Part shown: positions 41,461-50,988 of the stretch, piece after piece
Layout of the letters: each line of letters opens with the position of its first letter
Numbering within the stretch: the stretch's first letter is position 1
Source: a bacterium
Lineage (GTDB): Bacteria; Pseudomonadota; Gammaproteobacteria; GCA-002705445; GCA-002716945
DNA: 64,000 nucleotides
Direction of reading: 5' to 3'
Assembly: GCA_029979505.1 (NCBI GenBank)
Contig: JAPOHH010000002.1
Coordinates: forward strand, 118 to 64,117
Program-made: the position numbers and the translations under genes
The notes under the pieces: model-generated
Database searches by the model: none
What the model saw: only the letters and a program-made list of their open reading frames with translations
What the model was told of the DNA's origin: nothing

Positions 41461-41461
41461 A

Positions 41462-41920
41462 CTATATATAATTTAAATTTTCAGATTCAAGGCAAGTTAT
41501 AATTTGTTCAGTATTTCTGGAGCTTCTTATTTTTTTTCTATTTGATATGTCATCAAGGATTTGACTAAGTGATGATAGAAGAACTAGATGATCATCAGTT
41601 TGTTCATAAGGAACTATTAAACACAAAACAATATCAACATCAAAATCATCAATATTATCGAAGTCAATAGCATCCTCTAGGACTATCACAGATATATATG
41701 GCACATTAATTCCATGTAACCTAGCGTGTGGCAGTGCCACACCGTTTCCTACAGATGTTGACCCTAATCTTTCTCTTTCATAAAGCTGATTGAAAATTTC
41801 ATCTGCATCAATACCTGTTGTCTCACTCAAAATTGATGCCAACTTTTCTAAAACGCTTTTTTTACTTTTACTGTTATCGTTTATAGATATATGTGAATTA
41901 TCGAGCTTTATATTTAACAT
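41462..41920 (-). CDS. ptsN: PTS EIIA-Ntr (PtsN)
   Basis: 'GNGVALPHARL' phosphorylatable His motif; immediately downstream of rpoN. Confidence 0.8.
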   Translation of the reverse strand: MLNIKLDNSHISINDNSKSKKSVLEKLASILSETTGIDADEIFNQLYERERLGSTSVGNGVALPHARLHGINVPYISVIVLEDAIDFDNIDDFDVDIVLCLIVPYEQTDDHLVLLSSLSQILDDISNRKKIRSSRNTEQIITCLESENLNYI

Positions 41921-43255
41921 TTAGTCCTTTATTTTTCTATTTGTTGAGCTTTCAATTTTTAATCTTTCTCTATATTTAGTGACTGTCCTTCTCGCAACAG
42001 ATATTCCCTTATCATTAAAATACTTTGTAATTTCATTATCACTTGACGGTTTCTTTTTGTTTTCTTTTTTTATAAGTTCATCAATCATTTTCATTATCAC
42101 CTTGGATGATATCATTTTTCCTGTATCAGTAGCTAATTCCGAAGAAAAGAAATATTTAAGTTCAAATGTACCTCTAGGTGTTTGAACATATTTTTCATTA
42201 GTTGCTCTTGATACTGTTGATTCATGTATATTTAGCTGCTCTGCTATTTCTTTCAATGTCAAGGGTATCAATCCTATTTCTCCATGGTCCAAAAAATTAG
42301 ATTGTTTTTTGAAAATTTCTTTACATACATTCAATATAGTTGAGTTTCTATTTTTTATAGAGTTAATAATAAAATTAGCTAGATTATGATTTTTTTCTAA
42401 GTATTCTTTATCAGTTTTAATTTTACTATCTTGCATTAAAGAAATATATTCTTTATTTAATATAAGTTTTGGAGTATTTTTTGTAGATTCAATAATCCAT
42501 TTGTCCTTTCTCTTAAAAATAATTACATCTGGGTGAATTTGATAAAAATCTAATTTTTTGCTTATTTTTAATCCAGGTTTAGGATTAAGTTGTCTTATTA
42601 AATCTATAGCTTGCGTTTGATACAATTTGTCACCTTTAAATTTTAAAAATAAATCGTTGAACTTAGAGTTCTCGTTAACTTCCATTTTACTTAGTTCAGA
42701 AATTATATCTTTTGCACTTTTATAGTAATCAGATTCTTTGTGAATAGTATCTAACTGAATTGAGAGTGAATCACATAAATCAATTGCACACGTACCAACA
42801 GGGTCTAGTCTCTGCAATGTATGTAAGACATAAAAAATATCTTGAAATACAACCTCTGTTAATCTGTTGGCCTGTATAAAAACTTCTTTTAAATCTTCTG
42901 TCAAATAACCATTATCATTTACACAATCAATAATTATAATTGCTATTGTTTTTTCACTCTCTGAAAAACTCAAAGTCTCCAGCTGCTTAATCAAATGTGA
43001 TCTTAAATTGTCAGAATCATGATGGTAGTTTAATACATCTTCAATATCTGAACTACTTTGAAGATTGGATGTTCCAATATTATAATCTATTTGATATTCC
43101 TCTTCTTTTTCAAGAAAAGGATTCTCTAGAATAATATCATCAATTTCTTTGTGCAAATCTATTGAATTCATCTGCAATATGTTTATTGCCTGCCTAGTTT
43201 GAGGAGATAATATCTTTTTAAGGCTTTGCTTAGTTGACTGTTTAAGCTTGTTCAC
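41921..43255 (-). CDS. rpoN: RNA polymerase sigma-54 factor RpoN
   Basis: C-terminal RpoN box 'ARRTVTKYRE'; HTH; 444 aa. Confidence 0.9.
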   Translation of the reverse strand: MNKLKQSTKQSLKKILSPQTRQAINILQMNSIDLHKEIDDIILENPFLEKEEEYQIDYNIGTSNLQSSSDIEDVLNYHHDSDNLRSHLIKQLETLSFSESEKTIAIIIIDCVNDNGYLTEDLKEVFIQANRLTEVVFQDIFYVLHTLQRLDPVGTCAIDLCDSLSIQLDTIHKESDYYKSAKDIISELSKMEVNENSKFNDLFLKFKGDKLYQTQAIDLIRQLNPKPGLKISKKLDFYQIHPDVIIFKRKDKWIIESTKNTPKLILNKEYISLMQDSKIKTDKEYLEKNHNLANFIINSIKNRNSTILNVCKEIFKKQSNFLDHGEIGLIPLTLKEIAEQLNIHESTVSRATNEKYVQTPRGTFELKYFFSSELATDTGKMISSKVIMKMIDELIKKENKKKPSSDNEITKYFNDKGISVARRTVTKYRERLKIESSTNRKIKD

Positions 43256-43977
43256 AATTTAAAAGTTTCACCTAGATATACTTTTTTAACATTTTCATTT
43301 TTCAATAAATCTTTTGTTTGCCCAGATGCAAGTACTTTCCCAGAATTGATTACATATGATTTATCACATATTTTCAAAGTTTCTCTAACATTATGATCAG
43401 TTATTAAAATACCAATATCTTCGTTAGAAAGATTTCTTATTATCTCTTGGATATCAATTACTGATAAAGGATCTATCCCAGCAAACGGCTCATCTAATAA
43501 CAAAAACTTTGGCTTTAAAGCAAGCGCTCTTGCTATTTCTACTCTTCTTCTTTCCCCTCCAGACAACTGCACACCTTTTGTATATAAAAATGATTCTAAA
43601 TTAAACTTAGATATTAAATCATCCAAAATCGTTATTTTTTCTTTTTTACTGAGGTGTGTACCCGTATCTAATATAGAATTAATATTATCAATGGCAGTCA
43701 TATCTCGAAATATGGAAGGCTCCTGAGGAAGATAGCTTATACCATGCTCAAATCTCTTATGAATTGGAGATGATGTAATGTCAACGTTATCTATAAGTAT
43801 TTTTCCTGAATCTGTTTTTATTAAACCTACAGCCATGTAGAATGTAGTAGTTTTTCCAGCTCCATTTGGCCCCAATAAGCCTATTATTTCTCCAGATGAT
43901 ACATGAATTGTAATATCATCTACAACTTTTTGGGTATTATAAAACTTTTCTAAATTATTACATTGAAGTGTAGACAT
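43252..43977 (-). CDS. lptB: LPS export ABC transporter ATP-binding protein LptB
   Basis: Walker A 'GPNGAGKTT', signature 'LSGGERRR'; 241 aa; upstream of rpoN. Confidence 0.85.
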   Translation of the reverse strand: MSTLQCNNLEKFYNTQKVVDDITIHVSSGEIIGLLGPNGAGKTTTFYMAVGLIKTDSGKILIDNVDITSSPIHKRFEHGISYLPQEPSIFRDMTAIDNINSILDTGTHLSKKEKITILDDLISKFNLESFLYTKGVQLSGGERRRVEIARALALKPKFLLLDEPFAGIDPLSVIDIQEIIRNLSNEDIGILITDHNVRETLKICDKSYVINSGKVLASGQTKDLLKNENVKKVYLGETFKL

Positions 43978-43978
43978 A

Positions 43979-44644
43979 TCATTTTATATTAAATGTTGTA
44001 GTAACCTTTTTTTTAATTTTTTCCTTGATGACATCACCTGAAGAATTATCAACAATCCATTCATTAGTGTTGGTATTATAAATCATTTTATTACCTTGTA
44101 TAATTCTTATTCCTTCCTCATCTTTTACTTCTCTTTTAGCGTTTTCTAAGAGTACTATCAAGCCAGCGTCAAGATCAGCTGACATTCCTATTCCAGTAGT
44201 CTTTGATTTTTCTGTAATTATAGTAACGTCTTTATCAGTTTCTATAAGATTACGAGAGATATAGAAAATTGCATATGATGTATACATTTTTATAGATTGA
44301 TTCTGAGATTTTGAGGTTCTCTTTATATATACGTTATTTTTTAAATAAATTTCATCCATATCTCCTGTTGGATCTATTGCAGTATTAGATTTAATAGTTG
44401 TCAGTGACGAATCTTTATATAACTTTAGCTCAGGCCGCTTAACAAATGTTTTATTGTTATCATATGTTTCCATGAGTTCGCCATCTAATGTCCATTGAAT
44501 TTGCATGTTTTTATCATTTTTGACTGTTGAAAAATTATGAAGTTGATTTTTTGATGTCTCAGGATTATTTACATTATTGCTCTCTGAAGAAGCTGAAAAA
44601 GCAATACAAGCAATTATTAGTATATATTTGTGTATATCAAACAT
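43979..44644 (-). CDS. lptC: LPS export protein LptC (OstA-fold), with C-terminal extension; no separate lptA present
   Basis: N-terminal anchor; alignment to E. coli LptC ('FVKRPELKLYKD' ~ 'TQPVLTTFDKD'; 'VTIITEKSKTTGIGMSADLDAG' ~ 'VTLYGTTFNSSGLKMRGNLRSK'); sits between kdsC and lptB. Confidence 0.6.
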   Translation of the reverse strand: MFDIHKYILIIACIAFSASSESNNVNNPETSKNQLHNFSTVKNDKNMQIQWTLDGELMETYDNNKTFVKRPELKLYKDSSLTTIKSNTAIDPTGDMDEIYLKNNVYIKRTSKSQNQSIKMYTSYAIFYISRNLIETDKDVTIITEKSKTTGIGMSADLDAGLIVLLENAKREVKDEEGIRIIQGNKMIYNTNTNEWIVDNSSGDVIKEKIKKKVTTTFNIK

Positions 44645-45176
44645 TAATTTTAGATAAGTATATCAAATCGCATACGTCTCTAATAGCACCATTGCCTCCA
44701 TGTCTAGGTGTCGTCCAATCAAAATTTAATTTATTCATAATAGGATTTGAATTAGGAACGATTATTGATAAGCCTACATATTTGAGAAGTTCAATATCAA
44801 CGGTATCATCTCCAACATAACAAATCTCTTCAGGATTTATCTGAATATCCTGTTCATGAAATGATTTTAATTTATCTCTACTGCCTTGTAATATTTTATC
44901 AATACCTAACTCATTACCTCTCTTTGTAACACTCGCTGATTTGCGCCCAGAGATAATCATTGTTTTGATACCAATTGATTGAATTATTTTTATACCATGT
45001 CCATCTTGTGCATGAAATCTTTTACTTTCTTTTCCTTCATGATCATAATAAAGTCCACCATCTGTTAAGACTCCATCCACATCAAATGCAAGTAATTGAA
45101 TTTTTTTTGCTTTATTTATTAGATTTTTAGGATAAATATCCTTCGTTAACTTTATATTTGTTAAATCATCAATCAT
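44637..45176 (-). CDS. kdsC: KDO 8-phosphate phosphatase KdsC
   Basis: HAD motif 'FDVDGVLTDG'; 179 aa. Confidence 0.85.
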   Translation of the reverse strand: MIDDLTNIKLTKDIYPKNLINKAKKIQLLAFDVDGVLTDGGLYYDHEGKESKRFHAQDGHGIKIIQSIGIKTMIISGRKSASVTKRGNELGIDKILQGSRDKLKSFHEQDIQINPEEICYVGDDTVDIELLKYVGLSIIVPNSNPIMNKLNFDWTTPRHGGNGAIRDVCDLIYLSKINV

Positions 45177-45177
45177 T

Positions 45178-46140
45178 CTATCTCAAAGATTTAATTATAT
45201 CTTGCATAGTTATAATGCCAACTATGTTTGATTTGTCCATTACAGGCAAAGCATTAATATTATTTTTTTCTAATATGGATAATGCCTCTGCAGCCAACAA
45301 GTCTCCAGAAATTTTAATCGGATTTTTTGTCATTAATTTACCCACTAAAATTTCATTACAATTTTTGTATTTAGTCATTATCCTTTTTATATCACCATCA
45401 GTTATGACTCCAGAAAGTTTATTTTTATCATTTATTATCAATACCATTCCTAAATTACGTTTGGCAGTTATCTTAAGAAGTTGAGTAAAAGTTGAATTAA
45501 TATTTACTATAGGAATATTCTTCTTAATCATTACATCAGAAACATTTATTAATAATCTTTTCCCTAATGTTCCCGAAGGGTGAGTTTTTGCAAAGTCTTG
45601 CATCGTGAAATTTTTCTTAGCGGAGACAGTTAAGGCGAGAGCATCAGATAAAGCTAAAGCGCACATAATACTAGAAGAGGGCGCTAAGTCGTTTGGGCAA
45701 GCCTCACGAGTCACAGATGCATCAAGGATTAAGTCTGAATATTTTGCTAGTTTTGAAGACATATTACCTGTAATAGAAATTATTCTACATTTTAAAATCT
45801 TAAGCGAAGGTAGAAGTTTGATAATTTCCTGAGTTTCTCCTGAGTTTGAGTATATTATAATGATATCTTTACTCTGGATGGCTCCCATATCTCCATGAAG
45901 CGCTTCTGTCGCGTGGATGAATACTGATGGCGTGCCAGTACTACTCAGTGTAGCTGCCATCTTCATAGCAATATATCCAGATTTACCAAGGCCTATGGTA
46001 ATTATTTTCCCTGAATATGAACTCATTAAATCACAAGCTCTATCAAAATTTGAATCAATCTTATTGAGAGTTCGTGTAAGAGAAGTTATTTCTTTTTTAA
46101 TAATTTCTTTGGCTAATTGTTTGTTTGTTTTATTTTTCAT
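45178..46140 (-). CDS. kdsD: Arabinose 5-phosphate isomerase KdsD (SIS + tandem CBS)
   Basis: SIS 'GLGKSG', 'ISNSGET'; C-terminal CBS pair. Confidence 0.85.
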   Translation of the reverse strand: MKNKTNKQLAKEIIKKEITSLTRTLNKIDSNFDRACDLMSSYSGKIITIGLGKSGYIAMKMAATLSSTGTPSVFIHATEALHGDMGAIQSKDIIIIYSNSGETQEIIKLLPSLKILKCRIISITGNMSSKLAKYSDLILDASVTREACPNDLAPSSSIMCALALSDALALTVSAKKNFTMQDFAKTHPSGTLGKRLLINVSDVMIKKNIPIVNINSTFTQLLKITAKRNLGMVLIINDKNKLSGVITDGDIKRIMTKYKNCNEILVGKLMTKNPIKISGDLLAAEALSILEKNNINALPVMDKSNIVGIITMQDIIKSLR

Positions 46141-46142
46141 AA

Positions 46143-47069
46143 TTACTTAAATATATATTCAATATATAGCAAATATATTATTACTAATACGACGGAATAT
46201 ACAGTTTTTAAAATATTTTTCGATTTAATAATTAAGTAGAAGATAAAGGTACTAAAAGCTAATACTACAAAATCTCTCAATAGATTAGTGTTGTTTAAGA
46301 AAGCAGGATTTATAATACCAGCTGCCGTCATTGCGATAGCAATATTGAATATATTTGAACCTATAATATTACCAGCTATAAAATCGACTTTACCTTTTCT
46401 TGCAGACTGAATACTTGCAGCTAGCTCTGGTAGGCTTGTTCCTAACGCTGCAAGTGTAAGACCAATAACGTACGTTGTAATACCAAAAAATATAGCTATT
46501 TCAGTTGCGCCTTGAATAAAAAGATGTGATCCATATAGCAAGAGAGCAAGTGAAGTAACCAAATATAAAAATAAAATTGTACTCTTATGATATTTCTTAC
46601 TTCTAGTGTCATCTTCATCTTGAGGTTTAGATTTAAAAAAATAAATGCTTATCATGAATATTAATATTAATATTATCGAATCACCACTTGTAAAGGTTTT
46701 ATCAAAAAATATTAATATAAAAGTGATTCCCGATAACACAATCATACTTATAAATGGTTTTGTGGGTAATGAAAAATTATAAGTATCTAAATTCACAAAA
46801 AGCATAGAGATAGCAAATACTAGAGCTATATTAGATATATTAGATCCGAGAGCATTCCCTACCGCTAGTATCGTTTGATTTTGAATAGCAGATTCTATTG
46901 AGATAAATATCTCAGGGGCAGATGTTGCGATACCGATAAGGAAAAAGCTTGCAAAAAAATTTGAAATAGAAAGCGTGTTAGCAATCCGTTCTGTTGTCGT
47001 TACAAGTAAATCTGAACCTACAAGTAATAAAACCAGACCTAATAATAAGATAGATGTAGCTTCTATCAT
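46143..47069 (-). CDS. yrbG: Ca2+/Na+ antiporter family protein (YrbG)
   Basis: Two alpha-repeat halves 'GNALGSNI'/'GNIIGSNI'; conserved position upstream of kdsD as in E. coli. Confidence 0.8.
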   Translation of the reverse strand: MIEATSILLLGLVLLLVGSDLLVTTTERIANTLSISNFFASFFLIGIATSAPEIFISIESAIQNQTILAVGNALGSNISNIALVFAISMLFVNLDTYNFSLPTKPFISMIVLSGITFILIFFDKTFTSGDSIILILIFMISIYFFKSKPQDEDDTRSKKYHKSTILFLYLVTSLALLLYGSHLFIQGATEIAIFFGITTYVIGLTLAALGTSLPELAASIQSARKGKVDFIAGNIIGSNIFNIAIAMTAAGIINPAFLNNTNLLRDFVVLAFSTFIFYLIIKSKNILKTVYSVVLVIIYLLYIEYIFK

Positions 47070-47107
47070 AATGTTAAAGTTTAAGATACGTTATGTTAAT
47101 TTTCGAA

Positions 47108-47869
47108 CTAATAATTAATTTCAAGAACATCAATTTCAAAGTCTTGAACATCTTTTCCATCAGAAATCATTTTCGCTCTTCGTTGCAAGTATGATTCTCT
47201 TAAAAATATGTATTTATCTTTTGCTGCTGTATCAAGAATTTTAGATGCTTCAAGTAAATTAGCTCTTGTATCTATGACATTTGTTGCCTGTATCAACTGT
47301 CTTTCTTCATGATGTAATTCTGTTTGTACCGGAGAAATACTTTTATCCATGGCTATGTCAGCATAAAGCCCTGGAGCATCTCTAAAGGAACTAGGCCCAA
47401 AAAAAGGCAACACTAAATAAGGACCTGCTGGTACACCGTAGAATCCAAGCGTTTGACCAAAATCTTCTTTGTGCCTCTCAATTCCTATGGTGCTTGCAAC
47501 ATCGAATAATCCGAATAAACCAATAGTGGAATTAATAATCAGTCTTCCAGAAGATGATAACGTCTTTTCTACATTCAACTGAAGAGCGCTATTTATAATA
47601 GTACTAATTTCACCAAGATTATTAAAAAAATTTGAAATACTATCTTCTACTGGGTCTGGTGTTACAGTTCGATAGCCTTTTGCTATAGGCTCTAATATAG
47701 AGTCGTCTACTATTTCATTAAAGTTAAATATAGCCCTATTCATTGGTTCTAATGGATCATCGTCTGATGAATAGGCATTATTTGTACCTGTAAATAATAA
47801 GAAAGCAAGTGCTAACAATGATAGAATTGTTAATGAATCAGCTATTTTTTTTGATTTAACCATTCCCAT
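47108..47869 (-). CDS. mlaA: Outer-membrane lipoprotein MlaA (VacJ)
   Basis: Signal/lipobox region 'LALAFLLFTG'; 'DPLEPMNR', 'LPFFGPSSFRD' MlaA motifs; true start ATG at 47863/47869 (the ORF-track extension to 48319 overlaps mlaC on the other strand and is rejected). Confidence 0.75.
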   Translation of the reverse strand: MGMVKSKKIADSLTILSLLALAFLLFTGTNNAYSSDDDPLEPMNRAIFNFNEIVDDSILEPIAKGYRTVTPDPVEDSISNFFNNLGEISTIINSALQLNVEKTLSSSGRLIINSTIGLFGLFDVASTIGIERHKEDFGQTLGFYGVPAGPYLVLPFFGPSSFRDAPGLYADIAMDKSISPVQTELHHEERQLIQATNVIDTRANLLEASKILDTAAKDKYIFLRESYLQRRAKMISDGKDVQDFEIDVLEINY

Positions 47870-47888
47870 TTTTGAATTATATACTAAA

Positions 47889-48479
47889 ATGAGCTTCATG
47901 ATTAAAAAAATATCAATCTTCTTAGTGTTTTTAACATTTACTTTTTCTGCGTTTTCATCAGAGGGGCCAGATGATTTTTTAAAAAAATCTGTTGAAGAAA
48001 TATCCAACCTTGTATCAGAAAATAAACAAAGATTTGAAACAGACGAAAATTTTTTGAGACATAAAATGAATACAGTTGTTATGCCAAAACTTGATATTCC
48101 TTTGATGTCTAAAATTATATTAGGTAAGAAAATTTGGACCAGTATGTCAGAACAACAAAAGTCTGATTTTGTACTAGCATTTGAGTATAGAATGACTAGC
48201 ACGTACATGAAGTCAATAACTGCATTCGATGGTGAAAAGATAGAATTTCTTCCTTTCGAACCAGGTAAAAAACCAAATTTAGCTTTTGTTAAATCTAAAT
48301 ACATCATTGCTGCTGGCAATATAGATGTTGATTATAGGTTGATCAAGAATCCTGAAGGATGGAAAGTATACGATATAATATTTGAAGGTATAAGCTTAAT
48401 GAAAAATTATAGAGCTGATTTTAGGCAGCATGTCACAGAGAGCGGTATTGATTCGCTTATCCAAAGTTTGAATAAATAA
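47889..48479 (+). CDS. mlaC: MlaC/Ttg2D-family periplasmic phospholipid-binding protein (orphan, not in an mlaFEDCB operon)
   Basis: Signal peptide; 196 aa; family-typical N-terminal region 'VEEISNLVSENKQRF...DENFLRHKMNTVVMPKLD'. Confidence 0.6.
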   Translation: MSFMIKKISIFLVFLTFTFSAFSSEGPDDFLKKSVEEISNLVSENKQRFETDENFLRHKMNTVVMPKLDIPLMSKIILGKKIWTSMSEQQKSDFVLAFEYRMTSTYMKSITAFDGEKIEFLPFEPGKKPNLAFVKSKYIIAAGNIDVDYRLIKNPEGWKVYDIIFEGISLMKNYRADFRQHVTESGIDSLIQSLNK

Positions 48480-48485
48480 CATCAA

Positions 48486-50936
48486 CTATACAGGCTTAAA
48501 TGTAATAAGAAGCCTCGGTAATAAAGTTAAAACTGCGATAAGTGCAACAAACATTGCTAGGCCTGTAAGTACACCAAAGATTATTGTTGGTATAAAATTA
48601 GACAATATTAATATAGAGAACCCAAAAATTACTGTAATACCGGTAAAGAAAATTGCATTACCAATCGTAGAGTGACAAATAAGTACTGTCTTGCTGTAGT
48701 CATTATATTTTTTTAGTTCTTCTTTAAACCTATAAATATAATGAATACTATTATCTACAGCTATTCCAACAGTTATCGCAGCCACTGTTATTGTCATCAT
48801 ATCTAATGGTAAATTCAATATCCCCATTATTCCAAGTACAAATAGTGCTGAAATCAAATTCGGGATGATTCCAATTATCATTAGGGGAATTGATTTAAAC
48901 AATACCAAGAACATTAATGCGATAATAAACATTACAAAACCTAGAGATTTTATTTGAGAATCAAAGAGACTTTGTAGCATGTTATTATACAATAGTAATA
49001 TACCCGTCAGTGTTATTTCTTCTGATTGTAAATATTGATCATTACTTAAATCATCCTTGATATCATTGATAAGTTTCAATCTTCTCAAATCTTTATTTGA
49101 ATCTAGAACTCTCATACTAATTCTAGCTTCATTTTCATCGATAGATAAATATGGAGTTACCGTGATGTCCTTTACTTCATCTGGCAACTTTTTATAGAGT
49201 AATGACATCTCAAGGCTATTTAATTCTTTATTATCATTTACAATTTCTGCAACACGTACTGATGATGCAAAAGATAAAACTTTTCCAATATATTTATTAT
49301 TATCAAGATAATCATGAACATATTTAATCTTATTAATTTTGTCCGTTGTAAACCAATTTGACTCCATGGAATCTTCTTCACCAAGTAAATCACTAAATTC
49401 ATCATCTTCATTTTCTGAATAAGTTTCTTTGAATTTAATAATAACCTCCATTGGAGTTGTCCCTCCAAGTTCATTATCAATCAGTTGCATGCCTTTATAT
49501 ATTTCTGTATCTGCTCTGAAATAGTTAATAAAACTATTTTCTACTTTAAGTTCATTTAGACCATATATTGTTATAACTGTAAGGACGGAAAAGGCCAAGT
49601 ATATAGATTTTTTTGAATTAATGGTTATCTTCGCAAGATAGTCAGTAAATAACAATTTTGTTTTATTAGAACTTATTACAGAATTATTTTTATTTGAATA
49701 TAGCATTATTAAACATGGTAGAAGTATAAATGAAGTTATGAATAAAGTAGTAAGCCCAAGTACCATCATATAACCAAAATCAATCACAGGTTTGATATCA
49801 CTCATGATTAATGATGCAAATGCTACGATTGTAGTTAGAGCGGTATATAGACAAGGCCAAACCATTTTTTGTGCAGTAACAAGCACTGATTGTTTTTTAT
49901 TATATTCTAACGCACTATAGATTTGTCTGTACCTAACTATGATATGGATATTCATTGATAAAGTGAGTATCAACATTAATGAAATAAAGTTTGATGATAT
50001 CACTGTAACTTTCCAATCTAGAAAACCTAGAAGACCAATCATCAATAATACTGAATATATACAATTCAACACTGGCGCTATTACCCAAATTGCTTTTCTA
50101 AAAATAATCATTAAGGTACTTATTATGAAAATTAATACTCCTATACCAAAATTTATTAAGTCATTTCTTATAAAAGTAATCATGTCATCGGTAATCATAG
50201 GTATTCCACCAAGCCTTATCTCGTATCTTTGGGTAGTATAATTTTTTTGAATTACTCGTATTTGTTCTATTAGATGACCAATTTGATTATTATGACTTTC
50301 ATATAGCTCGTCATATGTTCTTTTCGTTGTGAAATATTCTTTTTCATAGTCAGGGTTTATTTTATATTTATCAGATAAGTCATTTCTTTTTATTCTCATC
50401 TGTTCAAGATTCTTATTATCCTCTAGCAGTATTTGCATAGCAGTAGTCTTTGCATCATTACTAATCACTAAATCTTTATATATCGGACTTGTTAGTATTT
50501 CATTTCTTGCTTCCTCAAAATTAATATCATCACTAAATATGTTTGGAACATCATTGATAAGCTCTGTTAGTGGTTTTTTAGAACTTGTTACCAAAGGTAT
50601 ATTAACAATAGATGTGACAGATTTAACATTATCAAGCTCAGTAATTTTTTCTGTTAGCGTATTAATATAATCAAGAGTATCCCTTGAAAATATATCTTTA
50701 TCTTTATCTGTTACCGTTAATACTAAAAAGTCATTTGTTTTATATCGTGCAGTAACTTCTCTAAATAATTTTAAATCTTTATCATCCTCTAATATTAAAG
50801 TATCTGCAGAGGCATCTAGCTTAAAGTTACCTATATTGGAAAGTGCCATAATAAGTACAAATACTAAAAATGCTAAGATAAATGCAGAATATCTGAGTAT
50901 ATATTCTTCATAAATATGTGATATCTTCTTTTTCAT
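48486..50936 (-). CDS. RND-superfamily exporter (MMPL/SSD, COG1033-type 'predicted exporter'), 12 TM with two large periplasmic loops
   Basis: 816 aa; two 6-TM bundles separated by soluble domains; monocistronic, divergent from murA. Confidence 0.65.
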   Translation of the reverse strand: MKKKISHIYEEYILRYSAFILAFLVFVLIMALSNIGNFKLDASADTLILEDDKDLKLFREVTARYKTNDFLVLTVTDKDKDIFSRDTLDYINTLTEKITELDNVKSVTSIVNIPLVTSSKKPLTELINDVPNIFSDDINFEEARNEILTSPIYKDLVISNDAKTTAMQILLEDNKNLEQMRIKRNDLSDKYKINPDYEKEYFTTKRTYDELYESHNNQIGHLIEQIRVIQKNYTTQRYEIRLGGIPMITDDMITFIRNDLINFGIGVLIFIISTLMIIFRKAIWVIAPVLNCIYSVLLMIGLLGFLDWKVTVISSNFISLMLILTLSMNIHIIVRYRQIYSALEYNKKQSVLVTAQKMVWPCLYTALTTIVAFASLIMSDIKPVIDFGYMMVLGLTTLFITSFILLPCLIMLYSNKNNSVISSNKTKLLFTDYLAKITINSKKSIYLAFSVLTVITIYGLNELKVENSFINYFRADTEIYKGMQLIDNELGGTTPMEVIIKFKETYSENEDDEFSDLLGEEDSMESNWFTTDKINKIKYVHDYLDNNKYIGKVLSFASSVRVAEIVNDNKELNSLEMSLLYKKLPDEVKDITVTPYLSIDENEARISMRVLDSNKDLRRLKLINDIKDDLSNDQYLQSEEITLTGILLLYNNMLQSLFDSQIKSLGFVMFIIALMFLVLFKSIPLMIIGIIPNLISALFVLGIMGILNLPLDMMTITVAAITVGIAVDNSIHYIYRFKEELKKYNDYSKTVLICHSTIGNAIFFTGITVIFGFSILILSNFIPTIIFGVLTGLAMFVALIAVLTLLPRLLITFKPV

Positions 50937-50988
50937 AGCTTTATTGAGTATAAACTTTTAGAATACCGAAACAAACTCAAAAATAGAT

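Noticed and set aside
47870-48319. N-terminal 150-aa extension of the mlaA ORF in the six-frame track (403 aa)
   Set aside because: It overlaps the MlaC-like gene on the opposite strand. MlaA homology begins at MVKSKK (47863) with a signal/lipobox, so the extension is a spurious open frame.
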